Source: Eledone cirrhosa
Taxonomy: Eukaryota
Assembly (NCBI GenBank): GCA_964016885.1
Contig: OZ024743.1
Span: 124,000,001-124,064,000 of the forward strand
Length of the DNA: 64,000 nucleotides
Direction: 5' to 3'
The notes under the pieces were generated by a model. The model did not search any database and was not told where the DNA came from. It was given only the letters and a program-made list of their open reading frames with translations. The position numbers and the translations under genes were made by a program. Positions 48,301 to 64,000 of this stretch are shown piece by piece. Each line of letters begins with the position of its first letter. Position 1 is the stretch's first letter.

Positions 48301-48865
48301 AAGGCAACCACGTCACCTTTTTGTTCAACACTGACACAGGAACGATGTACTAGTTTCAAGCTTGTTAGCTATCATCAGCACCGTTTACCCATCTGCCAGA
48401 TAGTTGAACGTTCGAAAGTATATACTTTCCTTATGAAAATTAACGGCTGAGCAGCCTAATTTGCATATTGAGTGAGTTAAATCGGTCAGGCATACCGAAA
48501 ACGATAAATTGAAACAAAATGAAAACGAAATTTCATTTCTCACTCTTAGTATGGCACTTACTTAAATGTAAGTATGCATGTATACGTACATACATATATG
48601 TATACAGACGTACAGTAGCATGCACATATATATATATATATACATATATACATACATATGCATATATGCGCCGCTAAACTGATACGTGCATATATGTATG
48701 TGTACCTGTATGCATATGTATGTATATATGTATATATATATATATATATGTGCATGCTACTGTACGTCTGTATACATATATGTATGTACGTATACATGCA
48801 TACTTACATTTAAGTAAGTGCCATACTAAGAGTGAGAAATGAAATTTCGTTTTCATTTTGTTTCA

Positions 48866-48868
<3 letters not shown>
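45308..48868 (-). repeat. tandem array of ~7.2 apparently identical 466-bp hammerhead-containing units plus inverted terminal segment (48668-48868); retrozyme-like
   Basis: Identical ORF translations at 466-bp spacing. HHR AACGGTG-CTGATGA-T AGCT AACA AGCT T-GAAA-CTAG-TA-CATCGTT at 45545-45589 and six times +466 (last 48341-48385); (TA)n at both ends. Confidence 0.9.
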
Positions 48869-48913
<45 letters not shown>

Positions 48914-48916
<3 letters not shown>

Positions 48917-49162
48917 AAGAAATTAAAAGATGGTTAAAAAAGTTCCATGTATTTTATTATGCGCATTTATTCTATCTGATGAGAACGCAAATATCGTCCT
49001 TAGATGATATTTGTTTTTGAAATGCGCATAATAAAATACATGGAACTTTTTTAACCATCTTTTAATTTCTTCTTATATATACTCCAGTCCAATAAACTGT
49101 TGAGTGCTACTTATCCGATATTTGCATTGCTTTATTGTGCTACAATAAAACTCACCTCCTAC
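48914..49162. mobile_element. mini fold-back Penelope-like insertion built around one hammerhead (48968-49038 +)
   Basis: ~54-bp arms 48914-48967 / 49020-49074 plus ~88-nt tail; TATTCTAT-CTGATGA-GAA.GCAAATATC..GATATTTGT.TTT-GAAA-TGCGCA-TA-ATAAAATA. Confidence 0.85.
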
Positions 49163-49185
49163 ATATATATATATATATATATATA

Positions 49186-49271
<86 letters not shown>

Positions 49272-49632
49272 ACAGTAGAAAATGTTGAAGAGATTTTTTT
49301 CAGTGAGATATCAAAACATTAATTTATTTACAATACCGGTTTCAGCATTATGTGCATTGTCAATTGCGGATATGCAGAATATTGTATATTGTTAAGTTGC
49401 ATATTTGTACATCCTACTCTGCTTCTGCTTATAGCAGAGTAGGATGGACAGAGAAATGAACTCTCTTCTCTGAATGAACATGTATGTGAAATCTAATTTA
49501 TCTTCTTAATTTTTCTTAATTATTATTATTATTATTTTCACTATCTGTACAAATATGCAACTTAACAATATTCTGCATATCCGCAATTGACAATGCATAT
49601 AATGCTGAAACCGGTATTGTAAATAAATTAAT

Positions 49633-55209
<5,577 letters not shown>

Positions 55210-55351
55210 TTCTTTGACTTATAATGATCGTGTCTCGGTTGAAGGAAAGCAAAGCTCGCGCCGTTCCGCTCGGGATGAGGTGCGAAGTTTCTGTTTATGG
55301 AGATATTGCAAATTTTGGTATGAAGTCTCTATATTGCATATGGATGATAAC

Positions 55352-55611
55352 CAGGGCCAGATTAAGTCATTTTGAGGCCTTAAACACTTATAAAATTATC
55401 GTGTGACCCAACCACACACACACGCACACAGTACCAGATTTACCATTGTGCTTAGGTGTGCTTAAGCATAGGGCCCCGTTGGCCGGGTGCGGAGGTGGGG
55501 GGGTTGCATCCCCCTGCCAGCCCCAAAAATTGTTTAACTCCTTTAGGGACCAAGTAAATGGCCTCATAACTGAACAAGCATAGGGCCTCATTTGTCCTAA
55601 ATCCGGGACTG
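55352..55611. mobile_element. possible hAT-type MITE
   Basis: Imperfect TIR CAGGGCCAGATT / AATCCGGGACTG; inner ATTTTGAGGCCT / GGGCCTCATTT. Confidence 0.45.
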
Positions 55612-55677
55612 CACACATACATATAAGAGGTGGAGAGGGAAGAGCAGCGTAAGGGCAGTCGACGGCAGGAAAATTGA

Positions 55678-57968
55678 ATGCCGAGGTCGCAGCGAGGTGG
55701 AGATGGCGGTACGGGGAAGGAAATAAGGCTTTCTGCCATCGTAGTTGACAACGTGGTGGATGGGATCGGCGTGGTTATGGGCATGGCGGTGGCGCAACCC
55801 ACGAAGAACAAGGTGAGGCCGGTGCTGGACTTTCGGGAGCTGAACGAGCACGTGTCATGCCACACGGGTGGCGAGGTCACGGATGTCTGTGGGGAAACCC
55901 TGCATGAGTGGAGACGCATGACGGGGGGTTCAGCAATCGTAGATCTAAAGTCGGCATACTTGCAATTGCATATAGATGAGAAGCTCTGGCAGTATCAGCT
56001 GGTCAGGTATAAGGGCCGGACATATTGCCTGACCAGGCTCGGTTTCGGGCTGAGCTCCGCACCGAAGATCATGGCGGCGGTCCTCAAGACCATTCAGGGA
56101 AAGGCCGACAAGATGAAGGGGGCCACTAACTCCTACATTGACGACATCCTAGTGGACGAGTCTGTAGTGTCGGCGGCGGAGGTCACGAGCCATTTACAGG
56201 GGTATGGATTGGCTGCGAAGCCGTCAGAAGCGTTGGAGGGAGGAGCCGCGCTGGGACTTAGGCTACGGCGAGACAGGACGGGCGTCTTGGTATTCCAGAG
56301 GGGAAATGAAGTTCCAGAACTGGGCCCAAGTATGAGTAGCCGGGAGCTTTTCTCGGTGTGTGGAAATTTGGTGGGTCACTACCCGATTGTTGGGTGGCTC
56401 CGGAGGGCATGCAGCTATGTCAAGAGACGAGCGGGATGGGTGACTTGGAGTGACAGAGTGGGAGAGAGGACGGTGGCCATGATGCAGGAGATCGTGGAGA
56501 GGGTGAAGGCCGACGACCCAGTGCGGGGACGCTGGTATGTTCCCAAATCGCAGAGCGGGACCGTATGGTGCGATGCCAGCAGCATAGCGCTGGGTGTCAC
56601 GTTGGAGATAGGTGTTGAGGTCGGGGATGCAGCCTGGCTTAGGAAGAAGGATGACTGCAACCACATCAATGTGGCCGAACTGGACGCAGTGTTGAGAGGG
56701 GTGAACCTCGCCCTGAGGTGGGGACTGCGCACCATCGAGATACGCACCGACTCGGCTACTGTACTCGGATGGGTGAGATCAGTGCTCACCAGTGAGAAGA
56801 GAGTGCGAACGAGAGAGACGGCGGAGATGCTGATAAAGCGCCGCCTGGGAACTTTAGGAGAGCTGGCCACCGAGTTAGACCTGAGGCTGAGCGTAGTTTT
56901 CGTGCCCTCAGAGAAAAATAGGACAGACGTCTTAACCAGGGTGAAGAAAGCCTGGATGGAAGCGCCGGAGGAGGTAGAAGATGAGATAGCTGCCGTGTGT
57001 CGGCTGACCGAGTCGGATCTGAAAGGGTTGCATGACATGCACCACATGGGAGTGGATAGGACCCTGTTCCTAGCCAGGAGAATCGACTCGGACGTTAACA
57101 GACACAGTGTTCAAAGGGTGGTTAGAGGCTGCGTCCGATGTGAGTCCATTGATCCCGCCCCGGTGTGCACGAAACGGGAAGCCTCCCGGTGGATCGCGAT
57201 TGGAAGCGATTGGCGGTGGATGTAACGCACTACCGACAGGGAACGTACCTCTCGATGGTCGACTGTGGACCAGGACGGATGGCGATATGGGGGGAGATGA
57301 AGACTGGAACGGCCGAGGAAATCATGCGGACGTTGAGAGAGGTGTTCTTGGAGCGGGGCCCTGTGGACGAACTGCTGGTGGACAACAGCGCGGCGTTCCG
57401 CTCGGAGGCGCTGAGGGAGATGCTCGATGGATGGAAGGTGGACCGTTTCTTCAGAGCAGCGCACAGGCCGAGCGGGAATGGAATTGTAGAGCGACACCAC
57501 CGGACGATCAAGGCAATGGCGGAGCGGGGCCATATCTCACTAATGGAGGCAGTGTTCTGGTACAACATGTCCCCTCGGGTGGGACAGGTCGAGGAATCGG
57601 TGCCACACAGAGCAGTATTCAGATACGAGTGGCGGCACCCGTGCACGCCACCACAACGGCTAGTGGGGAGAGAGAATTCATTCGTGCAGGTGGGCGAAGA
57701 AGTCTGGGTTAAGCCCCCAGATGCACATTGCACATCTCAATGGGGAAGGGCAACGGTGACGGCCGTAAATTCCCAGAACAATGTGTCCGTGGACGGAGTA
57801 CCACGTCATGTCCTGGATGTCCGTATAATCACTGTGTCAACGGACTCCGAGGAAGAGGAAACTCAAAGTGCCGCCCCAACACTGCGGAGATCGCAAAGAA
57901 GTCGCAAACCACCAACCTGGACAGCAGACTTTCATATGCAGAAGGACGAGGGGGAAATTGATCCTTGA
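55678..57968 (+). pseudogene. pol: Ty3/Gypsy pol (protease remnant, RT, RNase H, integrase) with a frameshift near 57170
   Basis: KVRPVLDFRELN, DLKSAYLQ, LGFGLSSAP, YIDD, WCDAS..HINVAEL..RTDS, HHMG..C..C, LAVDVT..MVDC..VDNS..GNGIVERHHRTIK; RT-RH-IN order. Confidence 0.92.
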
Positions 57969-57989
57969 GATCAGGGGTGTGGGGGGGCG

Positions 57990-58259
57990 TGTGGGTATGG
58001 TGCGGTGTGCGGTGGCCGGAAGCTGGGGAGTGCTCGACCGGAAGAGTGCTTGACCGGAAGGGTACTTGGCCGGAAGGGTGCTCGATCGGAAGGGCCAGCA
58101 GATCGGTCTCTCTCTAGTGGTGACCAGGAATGGTGTGGACGCGAGCTTGGCAGCTCCTGGGTGTTAATGAGTTGGACGCACGTGGAAGAGGAGAAACCAG
58201 CCTTGGGATTTAGCGGCGCCTATGAAAAGCGGTAAGTGAGATAGCTTTTTCGAACCACA
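57990..58259 (+). mobile_element. 3' LTR of the Gypsy element
   Basis: G-rich polypurine tract at 57973-57989, then TGTGG...CCACA termini; no matching 5' LTR in the window. Confidence 0.7.
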
Positions 58260-58620
58260 ATTTTAACAGTATATTTCGTTTAAAACAGCTGCTGTTTAGC
58301 TATTGATATTTTCTAGCACAGGCTGGTAAATAGGTGTTGGTCGTGTATGACCTCGATATGCTAGCAAGTTTATAACAAACTAACTCGATATTGTAGATAC
58401 AACTGATCTGCAGACTACTACCACTTTCACTTTCTTGTGAATTTTTAAAAACATAGCAAATAGTTTTGCGACGCCAGAGCTCTTACCATCTCCTCCCCTT
58501 TCCGTTCTGTTTCTTCTTTCTTTCTCTTTTTTTCTCTATATTTCCTTATTCTTTCTTTCCCCTTTTTTTTATTATTGCTGTAATTATAGTTGTCATTAAA
58601 AGTAGAAAAAGTAGAAAAGT

Positions 58621-58654
<34 letters not shown>

Positions 58655-58658
<4 letters not shown>

Positions 58659-59448
58659 GAAACAATTATTATGAGTTCAAATAGGGCGGTGGATTGGCAG
58701 TATCGGTAGAGGGCCGGACGCCATGCTTTGACGCATTCCGAGTTCAAATCCCGCCAAGGTTAACTTTGCCTTTCATCCTTACGGGGTCGATAAAATAAAG
58801 TACCAGTAATGCACTGGGTAATTGCTGGTCTTGTGCCAAACGTAGAAACAATTATTATGAGTTCAAATAGGGCGGTGGATTGGCAATATCGGTAGAGGGT
58901 CAGACGCGATGCTTTGCTGCATAGAGTTACGGCCTTTTATGATCTGAGTTCAAATCCCGCCGAGGTTAACTTTGCCTTTCACCTTACGGGGTCGATAAAA
59001 TAAAGTACCAGTCACGCACTGGGGTCGATTTAATCGATTTTCCCCTCACCAAAAATTGCTGGCCTTGTGCCTATATAAGAAACAATTATTATGAGTTCAA
59101 ATCCTGCTGAGGTTAACTTTGCCTTTCGTCCTTACTGGGTCGATAAAATAAATAACCAGTAATGCACTGGGTATTTGCTGGCCTTGTGCCAAAAGTAGAA
59201 ACAATTATTAATCCCGCTGAGATTAACTTTGCCTTTCATCCTTACTGGGTCTATAAAATACAGCACCAGTAATGCACTGAGATAACTGCTGGCCTTGTGC
59301 CAAAAGTAGAAACAATTATTATTAAAGTACCAGTAATGCACTGGAATAACTGCTGGCCTTGTGCCAAAAGTAGAAACAATTATTATTAAAGTACCAGTAA
59401 TGCACTGGAATAATTGCTGGCTTTGTGACAAAAGTAGAAACAATTATT
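58655..59448 (+). mobile_element. head-to-tail stack of about 7 full and truncated Deu/Nin SINEs
   Basis: Repeated ...AGTAGAAACAATTATTA tails; ATTATTATGAGTTCAAAT occurs three times at junctions. Confidence 0.9.
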
Positions 59449-59694
59449 ACTGTTCTATATTATATTCTATTCCTACAGTTATACTGAATCACGTGCAGCA
59501 TTATGCTAAATACGATATAGACAGAGAAATTTGAAATGGGAAGAGTCCCAAATGTAGAAAAAAAACGGTAGTATTAGACGATCACTATAAGTATTTTAGA
59601 AAATTCAGTAAATAACTGAGAAGAACCTCTATCCACTTTTTCCGTCTCTAAGGGTAATTTATCCTATTTTTTCAACTATATATATATATATATA

Positions 59695-59750
59695 GGAAAA
59701 AGTATAACCCCGACGGCAGAGCTCAAGCCGTTTCGACGGCTATTTCTGTT
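59695..59750 (-). mobile_element. ~55-bp fragment of element B (hammerhead 3' half) between TA tracts
   Basis: Reverse complement of 5303-5355 (CAGAAATAGCCGTCGAAACGGCTTGAGCTCTGCCGTCGGGGT). Confidence 0.8.
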
Positions 59751-59785
59751 GTTATATATATATTTCCTTTGTTATATATATATAG

Positions 59786-60068
59786 TCTGAACAGCACCCT
59801 TATTACTCCACCAGGAGTTAAGGCCCTTTTACCGTTTTATTACAAAATGAATATTCTTGCGAAGAATATCATGTCTAAGTATCGAAGCGCTGGGGATGTT
59901 TGAAATTTGAAAAAGTAGGACATGATATTCTTCGCAAGAATATTCATTTTGTAATAAAACGGTAAAAGGGCCTTAACTCCTGTTCAGATTCCTAGAAAGT
60001 CTTGGGCATTTTAAAACGTGGTGGAGTCCATCCCTCACCAGGTCAGAACACAGCCAATTTCTTCTTCT
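59786..60068. repeat. fold-back with ~64-bp perfect arms (59813-59876 / 59919-59982) and an asymmetric tail
   Basis: CAGGAGTTAAGGCCCTTTTACCG...ATCATGTC versus GACATGAT...CGGTAAAAGGGCCTTAACTCCTG; left end at (TA)n. Confidence 0.8.
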
Positions 60069-60385
60069 TCGAGAGAGAGAGGGAGAGAGAGAGAGAGAAA
60101 GGGGATTGACTCAGTACGGGACTGGTATTTTATACATCAACCCCGAAATTATAAAATATTATAAAATGCACAATAGTTTAAAAAAGATCTAATATTATAA
60201 GACATGAAAAACACTTAAGGCTACCCAAACACAGACAGATGAGAACTCACTATTTAAGTTGTGTCAGAGCACTCCACATTTCTGCTCACCCTCCACACAT
60301 TATACTCGTTTGGGGGATCACCAAAATCACAGGCAAGCAGTTCTTCTGGATCAATGATTAAAAGGCTCATGTCTTCTTTTATATA

Positions 60386-60714
60386 CAGTGTACCCCCAGC
60401 ATTCGCAGCCCTGGCATTCACAGTCCTGGTTATTCACGGAATTTTCCTTACAATCTAACTTGTAATTCGCGGTATATTCGCGGAATCGTAAATATCTTCT
60501 GCAAATTTTTTATAGCTTCTTTCGTGGCAATACATATTTTTTCTTGTTTTTAACGCTAAATTATTAATAACAATATACCGTATTTGCCAGCCTATATTTT
60601 ACATTATATTTTGATGTTAATAGGCATTTTTATTACTATGTCCAATATTCGCAGTTTTTCATTCTTCGTGAGTGCTCTAGGAAAGTAACCCTTGCAAATA
60701 CTAGGGGACAACTG
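60386..60714. mobile_element. Tc1/mariner (pogo/Tigger-like) MITE
   Basis: TA-CAGTGTACCCCCAGCATTCGC ... GCAAATACTAGGGGACAACTG-TA. Confidence 0.65.
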
Positions 60715-61554
60715 TATTTCTTTTGTTGTTAAAACCAAAAGTCTGTCTTTCAGGGTTTCTTGGTAAAGTGTCCCCAACTGTCAGTTCACCCTCATGGTTT
60801 CAATTTCAAGTACAAGGTCAGCAATTTTGACACGAGGCCAGCAATTCTGGCTCATGACCAACAGTTTGCTGCAAGGTCAGCAATGTTGGCACAATTCCAC
60901 CAATTTTGAATTATGTATGCAAAAAAATCCATTAAGAATCATCAATAATAGAGAATAAAGTTACTTCATCATCACTTTTTTTCACTTGACACTAATGCAT
61001 TGATTTAATGGAGAACTAATAAAATTCTATAACTAACTACATGATCATACTCAACCAAACAATCAAATTGTATCTTAAACAGATAGTGATTTAAGCCATG
61101 TTCTCTCCATAAAATGAGAGAATTTTTGAACTCCAGTTAGAGGGATGACAGTTAGAGCATATCTCCATGTCTTTCCATCTCACTTAACTTTTGAAAATCA
61201 TGAAACTGTGAAACTGGTAAAGTTATTGTAAATAAATCTTCTTTCTTAAAGACTCTAAGTGCATTTTGACTTCTTTTCTTTATATTCCTACCCATGTAGA
61301 ATTTTTTTAAATCCCCTCCCTTTCTCTCTCTATATATATATATTTCAAATTTACCATCCATTATCAATGTTGGGGTTCGTAGGGTGGTCTTTGGGGAGAT
61401 CAGAGATTTCCTTCCTGGCTGCTGTTTATTTTTTATTTAAAATAATAAACGACCTGCCCAAACCGTGATAGCATGGAAAAGCAGGCATAAAATGATGATG
61501 ATAATTGTTTCTACTTTTGGCACAAGGCCAGTAATTATCCCACTACGTTATATA

Positions 61555-62360
61555 TATGTATGATGCTACATGGCAGTGAGACATGGGCATTACGTGCAGA
61601 AAACCTGCGTAGACTGGAAAGGAACGAAGCATGCATGCTCCGTTGGATGTGTAATAGTAATATACGTGAACGGCAAAACATAAATGAACTAAGTGAGAAA
61701 TTAGAAATAAGAGGGATCAGATGCTGTTTACTCGAGAGAAGACTACGTTGGTATGGCCACGTGATGCGCATGAAAGACGACAGCTGTATAAAAAAGTGCA
61801 GGGCGATCAAAATTGATGGTAGATACGGAGTAGGTAGACCCAGAAAAACCTGGGACGATCTGATAAATTCCGACCTTGCACACTTGCACCTCTCTAAGAC
61901 AATGTCACTGGACCGAGATCTTTGGCACTACGCAGTAATAGAGAAGACCCGCCTTGCCTATGTACAAAGCGAAACCTACAGTCAGTAGGCACCTCTTAAC
62001 CAAATATACACCCCAATCCACTACCCTCCCACTCCCACCAACACCACCCTCTCTCTATAAAGTTGGTACCACAACATCCAGTCCAAATAAATGAGATCGA
62101 GATCGTGTAGGTGTCACGAGAAAAAAACACACAGTCCACGCTGTAATGTGGCCGTGTAGGTAACACAGTAAAAAGTTCCCAGTTCCACACTGTAAATGTG
62201 GTTGGTGTTAGGAAGGCATCCAGCCGTAGAAAACCTGCCAGATAGTCCTATATGAGCGAGACATGGTCACCCGACCAACCTTGCCTCAAGTGGGACAACT
62301 CCCGTCTAACCCATGCTAGCATGGAAAATGGACGTTAAACGAAGTTGATGATGATGATGA
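61555..62360 (+). mobile_element. 3' end of an RTE-like LINE with 3' UTR and (GAT)n tail
   Basis: ORF 61560-61988 MLHGSETW..MLRWMC..RRLRWYGHVMR..GRPRKTW; related UTR-only copy at 62525-62833. Confidence 0.85.
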
Positions 62361-63019
62361 CACACCATATATATATATATACACAGACACATACATTTCA
62401 ATATATATTATTTATATCCTGTTTAACTGGCACTCCTGTTTTGTGACATAAACTTCTAAAAACGCTCTGAATGTTTATTGGAAATAGTACATAGCTTTTC
62501 TTATGCATTTGCATAATAAAAGTGGTCGTATAAGTGTCACAACAAAACAGCACCCAGTTCACACTGTAGAGTGTTGTGTAGGTGTCACGATAAAAAGGCA
62601 CCCAGTCCACACTGTAGAGTGGTCGTGTAGGCGCCACAGTAAAAAGGCATCCAGCACTCACTGTAAATGAGGTTGGTGTTAAGAAGGGCATCCAGCTGTA
62701 GAAACCAAGCCAAAATCAGTTCTGTATGAGCAAGACATGGTCACTTGACCTAGCATTGCCCACAACAACCCATCTAACCAATGCTAGTGTGGAAGAATGG
62801 ACGTAAAACGGTGAAGATGATGATGATGATGATGCCTTCATTAGCAGTTGTAGTATTGTAGTCAAAGTGGAAACAGACTGAAAGTTCAGAGAGCTGTTAT
62901 CTTTACTTTGAACAAAGAGTGTCTCTCTCAGAATGAAGAACAAATTGTATGATGTTTGTGTTTCACATGCTATGTTGCATATAGTGGGTCTTGAATACAA
63001 AGGATTTCTGATTTGTGGG

Positions 63020-63340
63020 AAGAAATTTAGCATGCATGCTCTTTTGGATGTGTATTGTTATTGAACATGAACAATGGTGTATGAGTGAATTGAAAGCAAA
63101 GCTGAGTATAAGAGGAATCTGATGTGGTGTGCAGGAGAGATGACTGTGCTGGTATGGGAATGTGATGTGTATGGAGTGAGTGAAAGTTGTATAAAGAAGT
63201 GCTGTGTATGGAACCTGTGGAAGAGGGAGTCCAAGAAAGACATAGGATGAAGTTGTGAAGAAGCATCTCGAGAAACTGAAACTCACAAAGGAGATGACAC
63301 AGGACTGTGTTGACTGGTGACTTGCTATGCTAGAAAAGAT
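63020..63340 (+). mobile_element. more decayed copy of the same LINE 3' ORF region
   Basis: GCATGCATGCTC..TTGGATGTGTA, ATAAGAGGAATCTGATG and TGGTATGGGAATGTGATG align with 61629-61900. Confidence 0.65.
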
Positions 63341-63549
63341 CTACCCACCAGTACAAGCACTGTTACACTAAAAGTAAATGTGTTGAAGATGGAGATAGAG
63401 ATCAAAGATTTAATCACAACCTTCTCTTCTATGACCTTGCTATGATACCCCCTACAACATGCTGACTGATTTAGGAGGAAGTAGGATGTTTGATCCCTCT
63501 GCCTCTATCCAATTTGTCCCCTACCCTTCTTCTTCTTCCCCCACTTATT

Positions 63550-63960
63550 CCTGAGACGGTCATGGGGGAAGAGTCCTCAAACACTCCCTCCAGCAGGTCC
63601 TGTCAGAAGCAACCATCTTTAACTGATCCGGCTGGATCCCCAAAGGAGACCAGCTAAGATCATGGATGTTATCCAACCATCTTCCTCGGGGTCTTTTCCT
63701 GGGTCTCCTGATGGCTGGTTTTGCCCGTAAAATCTGTCCAGCAACTCTTTCCTGAAATGTTCTAACCACATGCCCATAGTATCGTAGCTGTGATCTCTCA
63801 ATTCAGAGAAGTAGTGACTCTACCTGGAGTGAATCTCTGATCTCTGAGCTACGCAGTCTATCAAGTAACGTTACTCCAAAGACCCTTCGGAGGAACCCCA
63901 TTACAGTCACTTGTATTTGCGATCGATTCTTTCAGGAATTACCCAAGATTCATGACCCAC
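63550..63960 (-). mobile_element. decayed RTE-type LINE 3' ORF fragment
   Basis: HESWVI.., GFLRRVFGVTLLD, SQLRYYGHVVR, RRPRKRPRGRWLD. Confidence 0.75.
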
Positions 63961-64000
63961 CACTATTATATATCTTAACTTGGCAAAGGCTAAATTCCTA

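Noticed and set aside
45316-48450. Repeated 93-aa and 112-aa ORFs as a tandem gene cluster; CRISPR-like array
   Set aside because: Low-complexity sequence with no domain; units are identical with no unique spacers.

Overview
AT-rich, microsatellite-dense, non-genic animal DNA, probably cephalopod/Octopus-like (inferred from the SINE and repeat content). No host protein-coding gene can be supported; most ORF-track entries are microsatellite translations. The window is dominated by decayed Penelope-like retroelements (Naiad-type RT plus C-terminal GIY-YIG) and their non-coding derivatives, inserted in (TA)n tracts, usually as head-to-head inverted pairs. By eye I count about 30 full or partial hammerhead ribozyme (HHR) motifs in their 3' ends, many with non-canonical cores. 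It also holds Deu/Nin-domain SINEs, RTE-type LINE fragments, a Gypsy pol plus 3' LTR, hAT remnants, MITEs and a 2.7-kb SINE-bounded tandem duplication. Two things stand out. (1) A 102-nt motif, present four times with compensatory changes, carries all hammerhead core elements but with the three strands in reverse cyclic order (a multiply pseudoknotted HHR fitting none of types I/II/III). It sits in a ~635-nt non-coding unit that appears to be mobilised by Penelope-like elements. (2) An array of seven apparently identical 466-bp HHR-containing units ends in a fold-back, resembling a rolling-circle retrozyme insertion. All RNA structures were derived manually and are untested.
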